Source of the DNA: an uncultured Methanosarcinales archaeon
GTDB taxonomy: Archaea; Nanobdellota; Nanobdellia; Woesearchaeales; JAGVZT01
Assembly (NCBI GenBank): GCA_964444505.1
Contig: CAYUHF010000004.1
Location: forward strand, 28,583 to 92,582
DNA: 64,000 nucleotides
Direction: 5' to 3'
Shown here one piece after another: positions 29,170 to 39,526 of this stretch (the stretch's first letter is position 1; each line of letters opens with the position of its first letter). Made by a program: the position numbers and the translations under genes. The notes under the pieces were generated by a model. The model made no database searches and was not told the origin of the DNA. It saw only the letters and a program-made list of their open reading frames with translations.

Positions 29170-29732
29170 TGAAGGGTCTTCTTCTTGTTTCTGGTGGTAT
29201 TGACAGTCCTGTTGCAGGTTATAGGATGCTGCAAAGGGGAATGGAGCTTGATGCTATTCACTTCAGAAACAATGGTGGTTTGGATACTGTAAAAAAACTT
29301 CTCAAAAAAATAGGGATTAAAAGACTCATCCTTGTTGATCATGTGCCTAACCAAGAAGAGATTCTTAAAGTTAAAAGAAAGTATCACTGTATTGTTTGCA
29401 AAAGAGTGATGTACAGGATAGCTGCTGGTTTAGGCTATGATTGTCTTGTGACTGGTGAGAATCTTGCCCAGGTTGCATCCCAGACAATGGCAAATCTGGT
29501 TATTCTTGATGAAGCTGTGGATATTCCTGTTTTCAGGCCACTTATTGGCTTTGAAAAACAGGAGATTATTGATGAGGCCAAAGAGATTGGTACTTTTAAG
29601 ACAAGCATCAGCTACAACAAGGCGTGTCCATATGTACCAAAGCACCCTCTGACAGCAGCACAGCTGGAAAAAGTAAAACAAGAAGAAAAGAAAATAGAAA
29701 TCAAATCAAAATACAAGGTTTTAGAGCTCTAA
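29166..29732 (+). CDS. ThiI-like PP-loop ATP pyrophosphatase domain protein with no THUMP domain
   Basis: LLVSGGIDSPVAGY PP-loop motif. Confidence 0.55.
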   Translation: MMKGLLLVSGGIDSPVAGYRMLQRGMELDAIHFRNNGGLDTVKKLLKKIGIKRLILVDHVPNQEEILKVKRKYHCIVCKRVMYRIAAGLGYDCLVTGENLAQVASQTMANLVILDEAVDIPVFRPLIGFEKQEIIDEAKEIGTFKTSISYNKACPYVPKHPLTAAQLEKVKQEEKKIEIKSKYKVLEL

Positions 29733-29960
29733 GGCTTGTTTTAATGCCTGTTTGTTGAATCCTACAATTATTTCCCCGTCAACATCTGTCACTGGCACTC
29801 CCATCTGCCCTGATTTTTCAACCATTTCTTTGGCAGCTTTTTTGTCTGAAGCCACATTGACTTCCTGGAATTCAACATTGTTCTCTTTTAAAAATTTCTT
29901 CACCACACTGCACCAGGGGCATGTTGGTGTTGAATATACTGTTACATTCATGATGATCAA
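29721..29960 (-). CDS. Glutaredoxin-like protein
   Basis: CPWC active site within a thioredoxin fold of about 79 aa. Confidence 0.7.
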   Translation of the reverse strand: MIIMNVTVYSTPTCPWCSVVKKFLKENNVEFQEVNVASDKKAAKEMVEKSGQMGVPVTDVDGEIIVGFNKQALKQALEL

Positions 29961-30126
29961 CCTCCTGTTTAAAAATAAAATAACACCTTATTTAAAACTT
30001 ACTCTCCTCCACAGCATCCGCCCATATTTTCTCACCTCAAGTTACTGGAAGACCTGTTTTTAGATATATGTTGTGTTTGAGTGTTAAAAAACAAGTTTAA
30101 TATATCACCTTTTGTTATAGGTTTTT

Positions 30127-30762
30127 ATGGGAAAAGTAGTTGTTGCTCCTGTTGGACATAATATGGATGCTCTTTTTGTCGGAATAAAAGAGCTTTCTAC
30201 TGACAAGGTCATTCTTGTCGCTGATGAAGATATGAAGAACAAGGCTGAGGAAGTAAAACAAAAACTTGAGACTTTCCAGATTCCAGCCCGAATAAAGATG
30301 GTCAAGGGAAATCTCTGGGAAAGCATGTTTGAAGCCATGGCTCAGATAAAAAAACTTGAAAAAGATGTAATTGTCAATGTTTCTACTGGTGACTCGGGCG
30401 GCTCCGGGTGTGCTGCGTGTTCTGCTGCGTTTGTGAATGGACTTAAAGCAATAACTGTCAGAAAAGGTGAAGTAAATGTGCTTCCATTTTTGAAATTCAA
30501 CTATTATTCTTCTATTTCAGACAGGAAAAAAGAGATCCTTAAATTAATTTACAGTGAAAAAGAGTGCTGCAGCTCTCTCCAGATGCTTTCGGAGCTGAGT
30601 GGTATGAGTCTTCCTCTTGTTAGTTATCACATCAACGGCAATCTCAAGTCAGAGGGACTTGAAGATATGGGTCTGGTTAAGACTGAAGAAATAAAAGGAA
30701 AAGTTAGTGTCAGTCTTACAACTATGGGAAGACTTCTTATAAAAGGTTATATCAACTCCTGA
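30127..30762 (+). CDS. Putative ligand-sensing regulator with a Rossmann/CARF-like N-domain and a C-terminal winged HTH (Csa3-like architecture)
   Basis: The N-terminus runs as strand-Gly then strand (VVVAPVGH…DKVILVAD…VNVSTGDSG) and resembles the CARF core. The C-terminal segment LSELSGMSLPLVSYHINGNLKSEGL resembles a wHTH. Confidence 0.35.
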   Translation: MGKVVVAPVGHNMDALFVGIKELSTDKVILVADEDMKNKAEEVKQKLETFQIPARIKMVKGNLWESMFEAMAQIKKLEKDVIVNVSTGDSGGSGCAACSAAFVNGLKAITVRKGEVNVLPFLKFNYYSSISDRKKEILKLIYSEKECCSSLQMLSELSGMSLPLVSYHINGNLKSEGLEDMGLVKTEEIKGKVSVSLTTMGRLLIKGYINS

Positions 30763-31984
30763 GTCTTTCTGCCTCAAGTATTCTTCTTACTGCAAGTATA
30801 TCAGCTGCAAGTCTCATGTGCACATCCATTTCCTGCTGTATTTCATAGACGTCATTGAATGACTCGACCATTATTTCCTTGAGCCGGTCTATGACCTCTT
30901 TTTCTTTCCAGTAATATCCCTGTAGATTCTGCACCCATTCAAAATAGCTGACTGTAACACCGCCTGCATTTGCAAGTATGTCGGGAACAACTGGTATTTC
31001 CTTTTCATGCAGGATATCATCTGCTTCTGGTGTTGTGGGACCATTTGCCATCTCCAGTATTGCGTTTGCCCTGATATCATCTGCATTTTCCTTTGTTATC
31101 TGGTTTTCAAGTGCTGCAGGAACAAGTATATCAACATCCATTGTCAAAAGCTCTTCATTGGTCATCTGTTCTGCAAATCCTTTCAGGCTTCCTGTTTCTT
31201 CTTTGTATTCCAGTGCATCTGTGACTGAAAGACCTTCTTCATCAAACACTGCACCGCTGGAATCACTTAATGCAACAATTTTATAGTTCCATTCTTCAAG
31301 TATTTTTGCAAGATATGAGCCCACGTTACCAAAGCCCTGGATTGCAACTGTTGTCTCTTTTGGCTGCCAGTTCTTGGTTTTTAAAAATTCTCTTAGAACA
31401 AATGCCCCTCCCTGTGAGGTGGCATAATTTCTCCCCTTTGAGCCTCCAATAGGAACTGGTTTTCCAGTAATAAAACCAGGGTAATGACCTCCTTTGATCT
31501 TTTCATATTCATCAAGCATCCATGCCATTATCTGCGGGTTTGTATATACATCTGGGGCAGGAATATCCTTGTGAGGACCGACATACTGGTGCATTTTCTG
31601 GACATAACCTCTTGATAGTTTCTGTAGCTCATCATCAGAAAGCTCCTTAGGGTTTACAACAACTCCTCCTTTTGCCCCTCCGTAAGGTATGCCTACTACT
31701 GCACACTTTAATGCCATCCAGAAAGCTAGACTCTTGACTTCCCCAAGATTCACATCCGGGTGAAACCTTATCCCTCCTTTGGTTGGTCCTCTGGCATCGT
31801 TGTACTGGACTCTGTAACCCTGGTAATAGTTTAGCGTTCCATTATCCATTTTCACTGGAATCTTGAACTCAAAAACCCTGTTTGGGGTTTTTAGAATATT
31901 TTTATCTTTGTCAGTTAAATCCATAGTTTCAGAAATTTCATCTATCTGTGATAAGACATTGTCAAAAACATCCATAACAAACAC
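30752..31984 (-). CDS. gdhA: Glutamate dehydrogenase
   Basis: GGAKGG, QGFGNVG and the C-terminal domain are conserved. Confidence 0.9.
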   Translation of the reverse strand: MFVMDVFDNVLSQIDEISETMDLTDKDKNILKTPNRVFEFKIPVKMDNGTLNYYQGYRVQYNDARGPTKGGIRFHPDVNLGEVKSLAFWMALKCAVVGIPYGGAKGGVVVNPKELSDDELQKLSRGYVQKMHQYVGPHKDIPAPDVYTNPQIMAWMLDEYEKIKGGHYPGFITGKPVPIGGSKGRNYATSQGGAFVLREFLKTKNWQPKETTVAIQGFGNVGSYLAKILEEWNYKIVALSDSSGAVFDEEGLSVTDALEYKEETGSLKGFAEQMTNEELLTMDVDILVPAALENQITKENADDIRANAILEMANGPTTPEADDILHEKEIPVVPDILANAGGVTVSYFEWVQNLQGYYWKEKEVIDRLKEIMVESFNDVYEIQQEMDVHMRLAADILAVRRILEAERLRS

Positions 31985-32054
31985 CTCAAGAGAAGTATAA
32001 TTACTCTGTTTTTAAATATATTGTACAAGAGTTAAAAAAGAAATTTAAAAAAAT

Positions 32055-33881
32055 TTAACACTGGCCTGTGGCCGGTGCTTCTCCGCTGCTTGCAAGCTCA
32101 GTCTCGCACTCTGATGGTGCATCTTCGTAAGCTTCACAAAGAGCGTCTTTGTAGTTTTCAGGTTCTCTTCCAGATGAGTGTTTTACACCATCAATAAATA
32201 CTGTTGGTGATCCGGAGACTCCAAACTGCTGAGTTAACTCAAGCTGTTCTTCTGCAATCTCCAGGCCTTCCTGTTCTTCGCATTGTGAAATCACTTCAGT
32301 ATCTAATCCAAGATCCTCTGCTACTGCTTCCCAGCATGTATCAGCGTTCTGGTAAGTGCACTCATCATTCATTGCAAGCGCAAACTCAAAGAACTCTGCT
32401 GTTCCCATTTTTTCGTAAACACAGAGTTCTCTTATGTTCTGGTTTAGCTCCTGAACACCGTGCATAGAACAGTATGACCCGTCTCCAAGACAGTAATCAT
32501 CTCCTCCTCCCCTGTAATTCTCATAGATTACATAACGAGGATTGAACTGTGCCTTGTCCTGCAATAGTTGATAGACTGGTTCGATTCCTTCTTCTGCCTG
32601 GTTACCATATGGACAGTAACTCATTATAAAGAAGTCAATCTGAGGCATGTTATCTCCTGTTTCAATCCCTCTTTCTGCAAGGTGCTCCTGTCTTTTATCA
32701 TCACTTACAAAGTAGGATGCTCCTGTAACACTGTCCTTTAGTTTCCAGTAATCACCGGTTTCTTCAAATGAACCTTTCAGCTGGGCATTATCCTGCCAGG
32801 ATTTTGTGTTCTCAACATTGCTTTCAAACAGGTATGCTGGAACATAAGTTATTCCAAGTTCATCTACCAGAGCTTTTCCTTGTTCAGAATCAACATCAAT
32901 GTTTTCCTGGGTTAGTCCCGGGAATAACTGGTTTGAAACAGTCAAAATTCTCGATGTATCACAAGAACTGCACTCATCATCATTAAGAACAATAAGTTCT
33001 ACTGGTTCTGGCTCAACATATGTGCATTCTGCATCTTCTGTCCCTGGATTCTCACAAACAGGAATCATGTTATCCTTTGCAGGGCAGTCTGTGTCTTGTG
33101 CACATACAGGAATTCCTTCACACTCTGGCTCTTCGTCAAGGTAAGCACACACTGCTCTCTGGAATGAGATTTCGTCTCTTCCACCACTGTAAGGCTCTTC
33201 ATTAAAATAGATTGTCGGGCTTCCTGTTGCTCCAACTTCTCTTGCTCTTTCTGCACTTTCCCTTAAGAGCTGCATTCCTTCTTCACCTTCATAACATTCC
33301 CTGACTTTTTCAACATCAAGACCAGCTTCTTCTGCACACTGCTCCCAGTTGTCTGGAATCTGGTTTGCGTTTTCATTCATGCACACAATCATATCCATGA
33401 ATTTTTCTGGATTGTGTTCTGCTGCGCAAAGCTGGACAATGTTTCCCTTCACTTCTGAAATACCATGCATTGAGCACAGATCCTCAACACAATATGTGTC
33501 TTCCTGTCCCTGATACCTCTCAGGAGAAGACATGATGAAGTGGAGATTAAAATCAACATTTTCTCCCATCTTGTCAAGAACTGGCTTCATTGCGTCTTCA
33601 ACCTGTGTTCCGTAAGGACACTGGCTCATGACGTAGAAGTCCACAGGTACTTTGTCACCAGAATCTCCATTTACTGGAGCTGGCACATCCCTGTTGGACA
33701 GCATTATTGCTGCAATTGCAACAATAAAGACAACAACTGCAACCAGAGCTGCATTTTTCATTGTACTCTTCTTAATCATTATTACATTAGAATCATTTTC
33801 CGATTTTTTAGACTTTTTTCTTATCTTATGTGATTTTGGTTTTGCCAAGTATACCACCCTATAGTATCCGGAAAGTAACAC
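32055..33881 (-). CDS. Membrane-anchored secreted protein with two tandem GILT-like (gamma-interferon-inducible lysosomal thiol reductase family) domains
   Basis: Present twice: YVMSQCPYG… and CSMHG..E…N….C, which resemble the GILT CxxC-like motif and signature. An N-terminal transmembrane helix is present. The protein is very Cys-rich. Confidence 0.4.
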   Translation of the reverse strand: MLLSGYYRVVYLAKPKSHKIRKKSKKSENDSNVIMIKKSTMKNAALVAVVVFIVAIAAIMLSNRDVPAPVNGDSGDKVPVDFYVMSQCPYGTQVEDAMKPVLDKMGENVDFNLHFIMSSPERYQGQEDTYCVEDLCSMHGISEVKGNIVQLCAAEHNPEKFMDMIVCMNENANQIPDNWEQCAEEAGLDVEKVRECYEGEEGMQLLRESAERAREVGATGSPTIYFNEEPYSGGRDEISFQRAVCAYLDEEPECEGIPVCAQDTDCPAKDNMIPVCENPGTEDAECTYVEPEPVELIVLNDDECSSCDTSRILTVSNQLFPGLTQENIDVDSEQGKALVDELGITYVPAYLFESNVENTKSWQDNAQLKGSFEETGDYWKLKDSVTGASYFVSDDKRQEHLAERGIETGDNMPQIDFFIMSYCPYGNQAEEGIEPVYQLLQDKAQFNPRYVIYENYRGGGDDYCLGDGSYCSMHGVQELNQNIRELCVYEKMGTAEFFEFALAMNDECTYQNADTCWEAVAEDLGLDTEVISQCEEQEGLEIAEEQLELTQQFGVSGSPTVFIDGVKHSSGREPENYKDALCEAYEDAPSECETELASSGEAPATGQC

Positions 33882-33900
33882 TTATTTAAAAATTTAACCT

Positions 33901-34374
33901 TTAGTATGTTCTTGGGGGCATTTCATTGTAGAAATTGCTTTTTTTACCATAGGCACTTCTCTCAAGGTTTGTGAGCCTCTGGTTGAGGTTTTCAAGATAG
34001 CTTTTTATAGTATCCAGCTTGCTAGAGATAATTTCTAACTCTTTTGATATGCTGTAATGCTGCTGGTTATTCTGAGGTTGACTGAACTGGTTTCTCATGC
34101 CAAAGCTTTCCTGCTGGCGTTGTGCATACTGGCTATTCTGCGTGTTCTGGTTGTCAAAGCTGGGATACTGACTTGAAGGGTATTGTTGCTGGGGTCTGTC
34201 TAGACCAATATTGCTTTCCAGTTCCTGGTTCATCTGATTATCAAGTCCAGGACCTCTCATACCCAAATCAGGAGAATTCCCCATACTCTGGTTATCCACC
34301 CCAAAGTCATCAAAATCATCCTCTTTTTTCCAGAACATGAGCTTTTTCAGGTTCATAAGTAAAACTGGGTACAA
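33901..34374 (-). CDS. Q/N-rich low-complexity protein with a C-terminal coiled coil
   Basis: QQYPSSQYPSFDNQNTQNSQYAQRQQ… and then LENLNQRLTNLE. Confidence 0.4.
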   Translation of the reverse strand: MYPVLLMNLKKLMFWKKEDDFDDFGVDNQSMGNSPDLGMRGPGLDNQMNQELESNIGLDRPQQQYPSSQYPSFDNQNTQNSQYAQRQQESFGMRNQFSQPQNNQQHYSISKELEIISSKLDTIKSYLENLNQRLTNLERSAYGKKSNFYNEMPPRTY

Positions 34375-34391
34375 TCAGTTTATAAATTTTG

Positions 34392-34913
34392 TCATAAGTA
34401 AGAATCACAATGGCAAAAACCCAGTTCTTCAATCAGATCTTTTAAAGCCTCTTCTGTTTCCGGCACTCTCTTCCAAATCTGCTCATGCTTTGCCTTATAT
34501 GATTCTGAGATAAGGTTCCATTTCTGGAGAAGCTCCCAGCCAGTTGTTAAGTGTTCAAGAAGCTTATCACAACTTTGCGGGCTGTCCATGTAACTACCAA
34601 ATTCATCTACATGAGTGTGTAATCTATGTGATAAAAGGTTCCATGCCCGCTGTTCTAATTCTAATGGATTTACTGGTGCAAGTAACAAATCAGAATAAGC
34701 AGAATCAAAATCATACACCCATAAAGACATCCTAGAATGCATATGTAATAATCTGGACAAATCAGGATACTCTCCTTTTTTTAATCCCTCAATTGACGTT
34801 GAATATTCAATATAAGCCCATGATAAGAAACCTGCACAGTACCAAATCTTGCAGCTGTCTACTACTTCCAATTCTAATTCACTTAACATTTTGCAATCAT
34901 ATAATAGTAACAC
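34392..34913 (-). CDS. Hypothetical protein
   Basis: ORF only; no family recognised. Confidence 0.35.
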   Translation of the reverse strand: MLLLYDCKMLSELELEVVDSCKIWYCAGFLSWAYIEYSTSIEGLKKGEYPDLSRLLHMHSRMSLWVYDFDSAYSDLLLAPVNPLELEQRAWNLLSHRLHTHVDEFGSYMDSPQSCDKLLEHLTTGWELLQKWNLISESYKAKHEQIWKRVPETEEALKDLIEELGFCHCDSYL

Positions 34914-35024
34914 TTATAAATAGATTTTGCCTCTAATATATTAATTAGTACAGTTTAAAGCAAACATTTATAAATGTCGTTTACTTAACATCAACTGTAG
35001 TAATTCTAACTTACAGGTACAAAA

Positions 35025-35912
35025 ATGCAACTCAACAAACGTTGTCCTGAGTGCGGCATGCAACAGCTAGCCCACAACAAGGAAAAAGGAGAAGTTTACT
35101 GCAAGAACTGTGGTCTTGTACTAGACAGCAGTGGGATTGACTTTGGCCCTGAATGGAGAAGTTTTGATGATGAAGGCCAGTCAAGAAGGCGGGCAGGTGC
35201 ACCTCTATCCTATACTATGGAAGACAGGGGTCTGGGTACTTCTATTAAGAATTCTGATATTTACAAAACTGATGATAAGAGAAAGTATATGCGGCTTAAG
35301 AGATGGCAGACTCGTTCAAGGACTGCTATTGAAAGGAATCTGCGTATTGCACTTTCTGAACTTAAAAGAGTTTCTTCAATATTAAAACTTCCTCACTATG
35401 CAGAAGAAGAGATTGCAAGAATATACACACAGGCTGCCTATAAGGGGTTGTCAACAGGAAGGTCAATTGAAGGACTTCTTGCTGGTGCAATTTATGCTGT
35501 TTTAAGAATGCATGATATCCCAAAAACACCTGAAGAGGTTTCGGAAGCAACAGGCGTTGATGTGAAAAAGGTTTTCTGGAACTACAAACACATATCTAGA
35601 AATCTTAATCTAAAGACAATGCCTATTGATCCTGTAAGTTATGTCCACAGGTTTGGGTCAAAACTAGACCTTGATCCTGAAACTAAAGCTAAGGCAACAA
35701 AGATTGTTCTTAAGGCAAAAGAAAAGCATCTTCTTTCTGGCAGAAGCCCAAAGGGCATTGCTGCAGGTGCACTCTACATAGCATCCAAACTGAATGAAGA
35801 GAACAGGACACAGGATGAAGTTGCAAAAGCATCTGGTGTGACATCAGTAACAGTAAGGAATTCTTACAAGATCTTTGATGAGAATCTTGATCTAAAAGCT
35901 GCTGTTGCATAG
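35025..35912 (+). CDS. tfb: Transcription initiation factor TFB (TFIIB)
   Basis: N-terminal zinc ribbon (CPECG…CKNCG) and two cyclin-like repeats. Confidence 0.9.
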   Translation: MQLNKRCPECGMQQLAHNKEKGEVYCKNCGLVLDSSGIDFGPEWRSFDDEGQSRRRAGAPLSYTMEDRGLGTSIKNSDIYKTDDKRKYMRLKRWQTRSRTAIERNLRIALSELKRVSSILKLPHYAEEEIARIYTQAAYKGLSTGRSIEGLLAGAIYAVLRMHDIPKTPEEVSEATGVDVKKVFWNYKHISRNLNLKTMPIDPVSYVHRFGSKLDLDPETKAKATKIVLKAKEKHLLSGRSPKGIAAGALYIASKLNEENRTQDEVAKASGVTSVTVRNSYKIFDENLDLKAAVA

Positions 35913-36039
35913 TTTGATACTCAAGTTGAAATTCTATAGTTTCTGGGAAATTTAATTCTGAGAAGGGAAATCCTTTATCTTAGCCCAAAACAAAAAAATT
36001 TAAATACTAACATGCAGATTGTTGTTCTAGAGGTGAACT

Positions 36040-36453
36040 ATGGCAGACTTTGTAATCATACCGGCGCTTGTTATGGGAATTATTATCGGGCTTGTAGAAT
36101 TATTGTTTGTACATGCTGATGAGGGTGCAATGGGTATGACATGGATTTCTCATGGTCTGCATGCACTGCCTTTTACTATTCTTTTTGTGTTTGTAAGTAT
36201 GAATATTCACTTTGTTTTGGGGCTTATTGGTGTTTCTATCACAGAATCTTTTGCTGTAGTATTGGGTGTTAGAATTGTGGTTGCAATTGTTGCAATGATA
36301 AAAATTGCAGGCGCTGCAGCAATATCACCTGGTATGAGAGGTGTTGGTGAAAAGCTACCTCACACACTTATAATTGGTGCTTTGGTATTTGCAGCACCTT
36401 ATGCATGGGATCTGTTTCTTGCAGGTATAATCGGACCTATGCTTCCTTTTTAG
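36040..36453 (+). CDS. Membrane protein, hypothetical
   Basis: Four hydrophobic helices. Confidence 0.4.
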   Translation: MADFVIIPALVMGIIIGLVELLFVHADEGAMGMTWISHGLHALPFTILFVFVSMNIHFVLGLIGVSITESFAVVLGVRIVVAIVAMIKIAGAAAISPGMRGVGEKLPHTLIIGALVFAAPYAWDLFLAGIIGPMLPF

Positions 36454-36640
36454 GCATTGGTCTTTTTACTGTTATTGGAATTACTCCTTCTTTGTATTCC
36501 AGTTTTGCAATTGCAACAGGATTGTATCTGAGTTCTTCAAGCTCTTTATCAGACAGGTTGACTAGATAAGGGGCACCCATAGAAATCTGGAGTGCCCTTG
36601 ACCCAATCATTCTGGCCCTTTCAAACTTGGTGTATTTCAT
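36437..36640 (-). CDS. rpoK: DNA-directed RNA polymerase subunit Rpo6/RpoK
   Basis: [22 protein letters not shown] matches the RpoK/omega core. Confidence 0.75.
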   Translation of the reverse strand: MKYTKFERARMIGSRALQISMGAPYLVNLSDKELEELRYNPVAIAKLEYKEGVIPITVKRPMPKKEA

Positions 36641-37419
36641 TTTAGGAGTTTTCTCAGCTCTTCAGACTTTTTCATTCCAAGCTCAACCATCTGTTCAACT
36701 TCTTCAAGAGTCAATGCCTCGTCTTCTCCTTTCTGGAGAGCGCAAAGCTTGCCGTCTTCTGTAGTTGCTACTGTAAGTCTTGAATCTGCTGCCTCTTCCT
36801 CTTTTAAGAGCGGGTCAATTAACAGATGTTCTCCTATTCTTATGACTGTTACACCTACTGGTGTTTTTGTCAGTGGTACACTCTTGTCTGTCTTTTTCTT
36901 GTAGTCAACAACACCATCCTCGTAAACAGGAAATTTTGCATCTCTTAAAGCTGCTATAGCTCCAATTGAAGCTGCATCCCTGATGTTTCCTTCATGGTTG
37001 AGTGTGACAACATCTATGTTTAACAGCCAGCACTTTTCTCCTTTTTCTATACAGAGATCTTTCAGGTCTACTGCTTTGCTTTCCCGGATTGCCCTGTCAA
37101 CAACTCTTGCAATCTCTATTGCATTCTTGCCAGGCGGTCCTGGTTCAAATTCTGGAGATGACATAGGCAGAAGTTCTGCATTTACTATGATTACTCCTTC
37201 TTCTGGTCTGTCTGAGAATGGTGATCCAACACTCATCTTCACACCCACAATAACTTCTGTTTCTCCCATCTTGACCCTTGCTGAGCCCTCTGCTGTCCTT
37301 ACAGTACCAGTCTCAATCTCAACTGGCCTGTACTCTTCAAAGTCTCTGCCGTCATATCTTACTCCCTGTTCAAGGGATTTTAGCATGTGATTCTTTAAGT
37401 TCTCATTCATTATCATCAC
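36637..37419 (-). CDS. rrp42: Exosome complex component Rrp42 (RNase PH-like)
   Basis: RNase PH fold, with its position 3' of rrp41. Confidence 0.8.
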   Translation of the reverse strand: MMIMNENLKNHMLKSLEQGVRYDGRDFEEYRPVEIETGTVRTAEGSARVKMGETEVIVGVKMSVGSPFSDRPEEGVIIVNAELLPMSSPEFEPGPPGKNAIEIARVVDRAIRESKAVDLKDLCIEKGEKCWLLNIDVVTLNHEGNIRDAASIGAIAALRDAKFPVYEDGVVDYKKKTDKSVPLTKTPVGVTVIRIGEHLLIDPLLKEEEAADSRLTVATTEDGKLCALQKGEDEALTLEEVEQMVELGMKKSEELRKLLK

Positions 37420-38119
37420 CTGTGTAACGCTCCTTCAATGCATTCTTCTGAATCTCGTAAATCTTTCCAGAAGCTTTTATTCCCATCTTTATCGCTTTGA
37501 TCAGGTCGTCTTTTTCAATTATTCCGTCCATCTGCAAAAGTGAGATTTTCTGTGTGCTTGGAACTATTGCCAGAGGAATGTCTGCTACCTCTCCTTCTGT
37601 TGCCTCTTCTTCATAATTCAGGTCAACAAGCAATGTATCATTCACTTTTCCTGCTGCTACAGCTACCACAAGATCGTTTAGTGGTATTCCTGCATCAGCT
37701 AAAGCCATTGATGCTGCACATATTCCTGCACATCGTGAGCCTGCATCTGTTTCTGTAAAGTTGATGTAAACATCTACAACTGCATTTGGATATTCACTAA
37801 GATCCACTACTGGCAAAAGTGCCTTCTGCGTCACAAGAGATATTTCTTCTGCTCTCCTGCTGTGGCCAGGTCTTATCCTGTCACCCATTCCCGAAAAAGG
37901 CATCATGCTGTACTGGCATCTCAGGACTCCTTTTTTAGGATCCTGCAGAAACCTTGGGTGCAGCTCTCTTGGACCATACACAGCTGCATATGCTGCTGTT
38001 TTTCCAATCTTGAAATATGCTGATCCGTCTGCTCTCTTAATTACTCCTGTCTTTGCTTGTATAGGTCTAAGCTCGTCTAGTTTTCTACCATCTGGTCTCT
38101 TGAAAGCCATTCTATTCAC
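37403..38119 (-). CDS. rrp41: Exosome complex exonuclease Rrp41
   Basis: RPDGR…LRP; RNase PH catalytic subunit features. Confidence 0.85.
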   Translation of the reverse strand: MNRMAFKRPDGRKLDELRPIQAKTGVIKRADGSAYFKIGKTAAYAAVYGPRELHPRFLQDPKKGVLRCQYSMMPFSGMGDRIRPGHSRRAEEISLVTQKALLPVVDLSEYPNAVVDVYINFTETDAGSRCAGICAASMALADAGIPLNDLVVAVAAGKVNDTLLVDLNYEEEATEGEVADIPLAIVPSTQKISLLQMDGIIEKDDLIKAIKMGIKASGKIYEIQKNALKERYTGDDNE

Positions 38120-38801
38120 CCTCTAAAAACTCTTTTACCACATCAGTAAGTCCACTGATATGCGACTTTCGATCAATCATCTTAATTGCTTCTACTGCCT
38201 TGACTTCATCTTTTGGTTTTCCTGATACCCATACAAGACCGTTTTGGCCAACAATAATCTCGCAGTTTGTTGCTGATTTTACTGTCATTACCATTGATCC
38301 GCCTCTCCCGATTACTCTTGGGACTTTGGCGCAGGATATCTTGACAACCCTTCCATCTTCCAGCTTTTTCAGCCTTCTGTCCTTCATGGTAAGGTCAATC
38401 AGATTCTGGCTTGTCACATTAATTATTTTGGTGACAACATAATCTCCGACATCAAACCATTTGGTCAGGTCAGCTCCTCTCTTGATGTACTGAGTGGTTG
38501 CCTCTTTCATTGAAATCATGGCAGTGTATGCAGAGTTAATCTCAACTCTCCATCCGCCAATACTAATATCACTAATTCTTCCAATAATAACATCATCGAC
38601 ACTTGGAAGATATCTTCCTGATAAAGGAATTAATTTGACTACCCTTTTTCTGGGGTTCATAAGTCCAAGCTTTTTTGCTATTATCTTATCATCTTTCCTG
38701 TAAGTTCCGTAGCCCGGAAGATAGTCCATGCCTTCTGCAAGCACTTCTCCTGGTGCCACAACATTTCTAGGTTCTACTTTAAGTTGCTCCAATATTATCA
38801 C
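38112..38801 (-). CDS. rrp4: Exosome RNA-binding subunit Rrp4 (S1 plus KH)
   Basis: S1 domain (GDYVVTKI) and a KH domain, upstream of rrp41. Confidence 0.75.
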   Translation of the reverse strand: MIILEQLKVEPRNVVAPGEVLAEGMDYLPGYGTYRKDDKIIAKKLGLMNPRKRVVKLIPLSGRYLPSVDDVIIGRISDISIGGWRVEINSAYTAMISMKEATTQYIKRGADLTKWFDVGDYVVTKIINVTSQNLIDLTMKDRRLKKLEDGRVVKISCAKVPRVIGRGGSMVMTVKSATNCEIIVGQNGLVWVSGKPKDEVKAVEAIKMIDRKSHISGLTDVVKEFLEGE

Positions 38802-39523
38802 CTTGTACTAACTATTTTACTTTCTAATTCTCCTTTTGTAAGTTTGTTCAATTTGTTGAAAAGCTGGTCCCTGACTCCTCCCGGGATTTCAATTACACTT
38901 ACCCATGAGCCGTCATCCTGCCAGTCTTCTTTGAGTATTTGTCCGTATTTTTTTACAATAGGATATGCTTTTACTGCAGATTCTGAGTCCATCTTGAGTT
39001 CAATTTCCTGTATCTCAATTCTTATCGGAATTACTGGCCTTAGTGCATCAATTATATCCTGCACTTGTTCTTTTGCACTCCTGAACTCATCAATCTTGAC
39101 CTTTGCCTCCTCCATTGCGTTTTTTATTCTCTGGGGAGGGTGTGGTGCGTGAGTCTTAGGGTCAACCGCCTGTCTCTGGATTATTGTGACAATCTGGTTG
39201 AACTTCTGCTCTCTTAGCTGTTTTCTGTACTCAGCTGTAAGCTGAATCTCGCCCTCTTTGATGATTGTCTCTGCAACTGCAAGCTCATCATCAGTCTCAA
39301 ATATCTGCTGCATTGCAGTCTCTGATGCCCTAAGTCCTTTCTTTGCATCAGAAAAAACATGCTCGCTTTTCAAAACATCTCTGATTGTGACATTTTTTCC
39401 CTGCTTGAATTCAACAGCTTTATCAGCGTCAACAACAACCTCAAACTCCTGTCCGCCTTTTCTTAAGCGAGCCAAGTTTAGGCTGATCTTATCTGACCTG
39501 TCATAAATGGCCTTTCTGGACAT
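38798..39523 (-). CDS. Ribosome maturation protein SBDS (Sdo1)
   Basis: FEVVVDADKAVEFKQGK; a conserved member of the exosome superoperon. Confidence 0.8.
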   Translation of the reverse strand: MSRKAIYDRSDKISLNLARLRKGGQEFEVVVDADKAVEFKQGKNVTIRDVLKSEHVFSDAKKGLRASETAMQQIFETDDELAVAETIIKEGEIQLTAEYRKQLREQKFNQIVTIIQRQAVDPKTHAPHPPQRIKNAMEEAKVKIDEFRSAKEQVQDIIDALRPVIPIRIEIQEIELKMDSESAVKAYPIVKKYGQILKEDWQDDGSWVSVIEIPGGVRDQLFNKLNKLTKGELESKIVSTR

Positions 39524-39526
39524 TTA

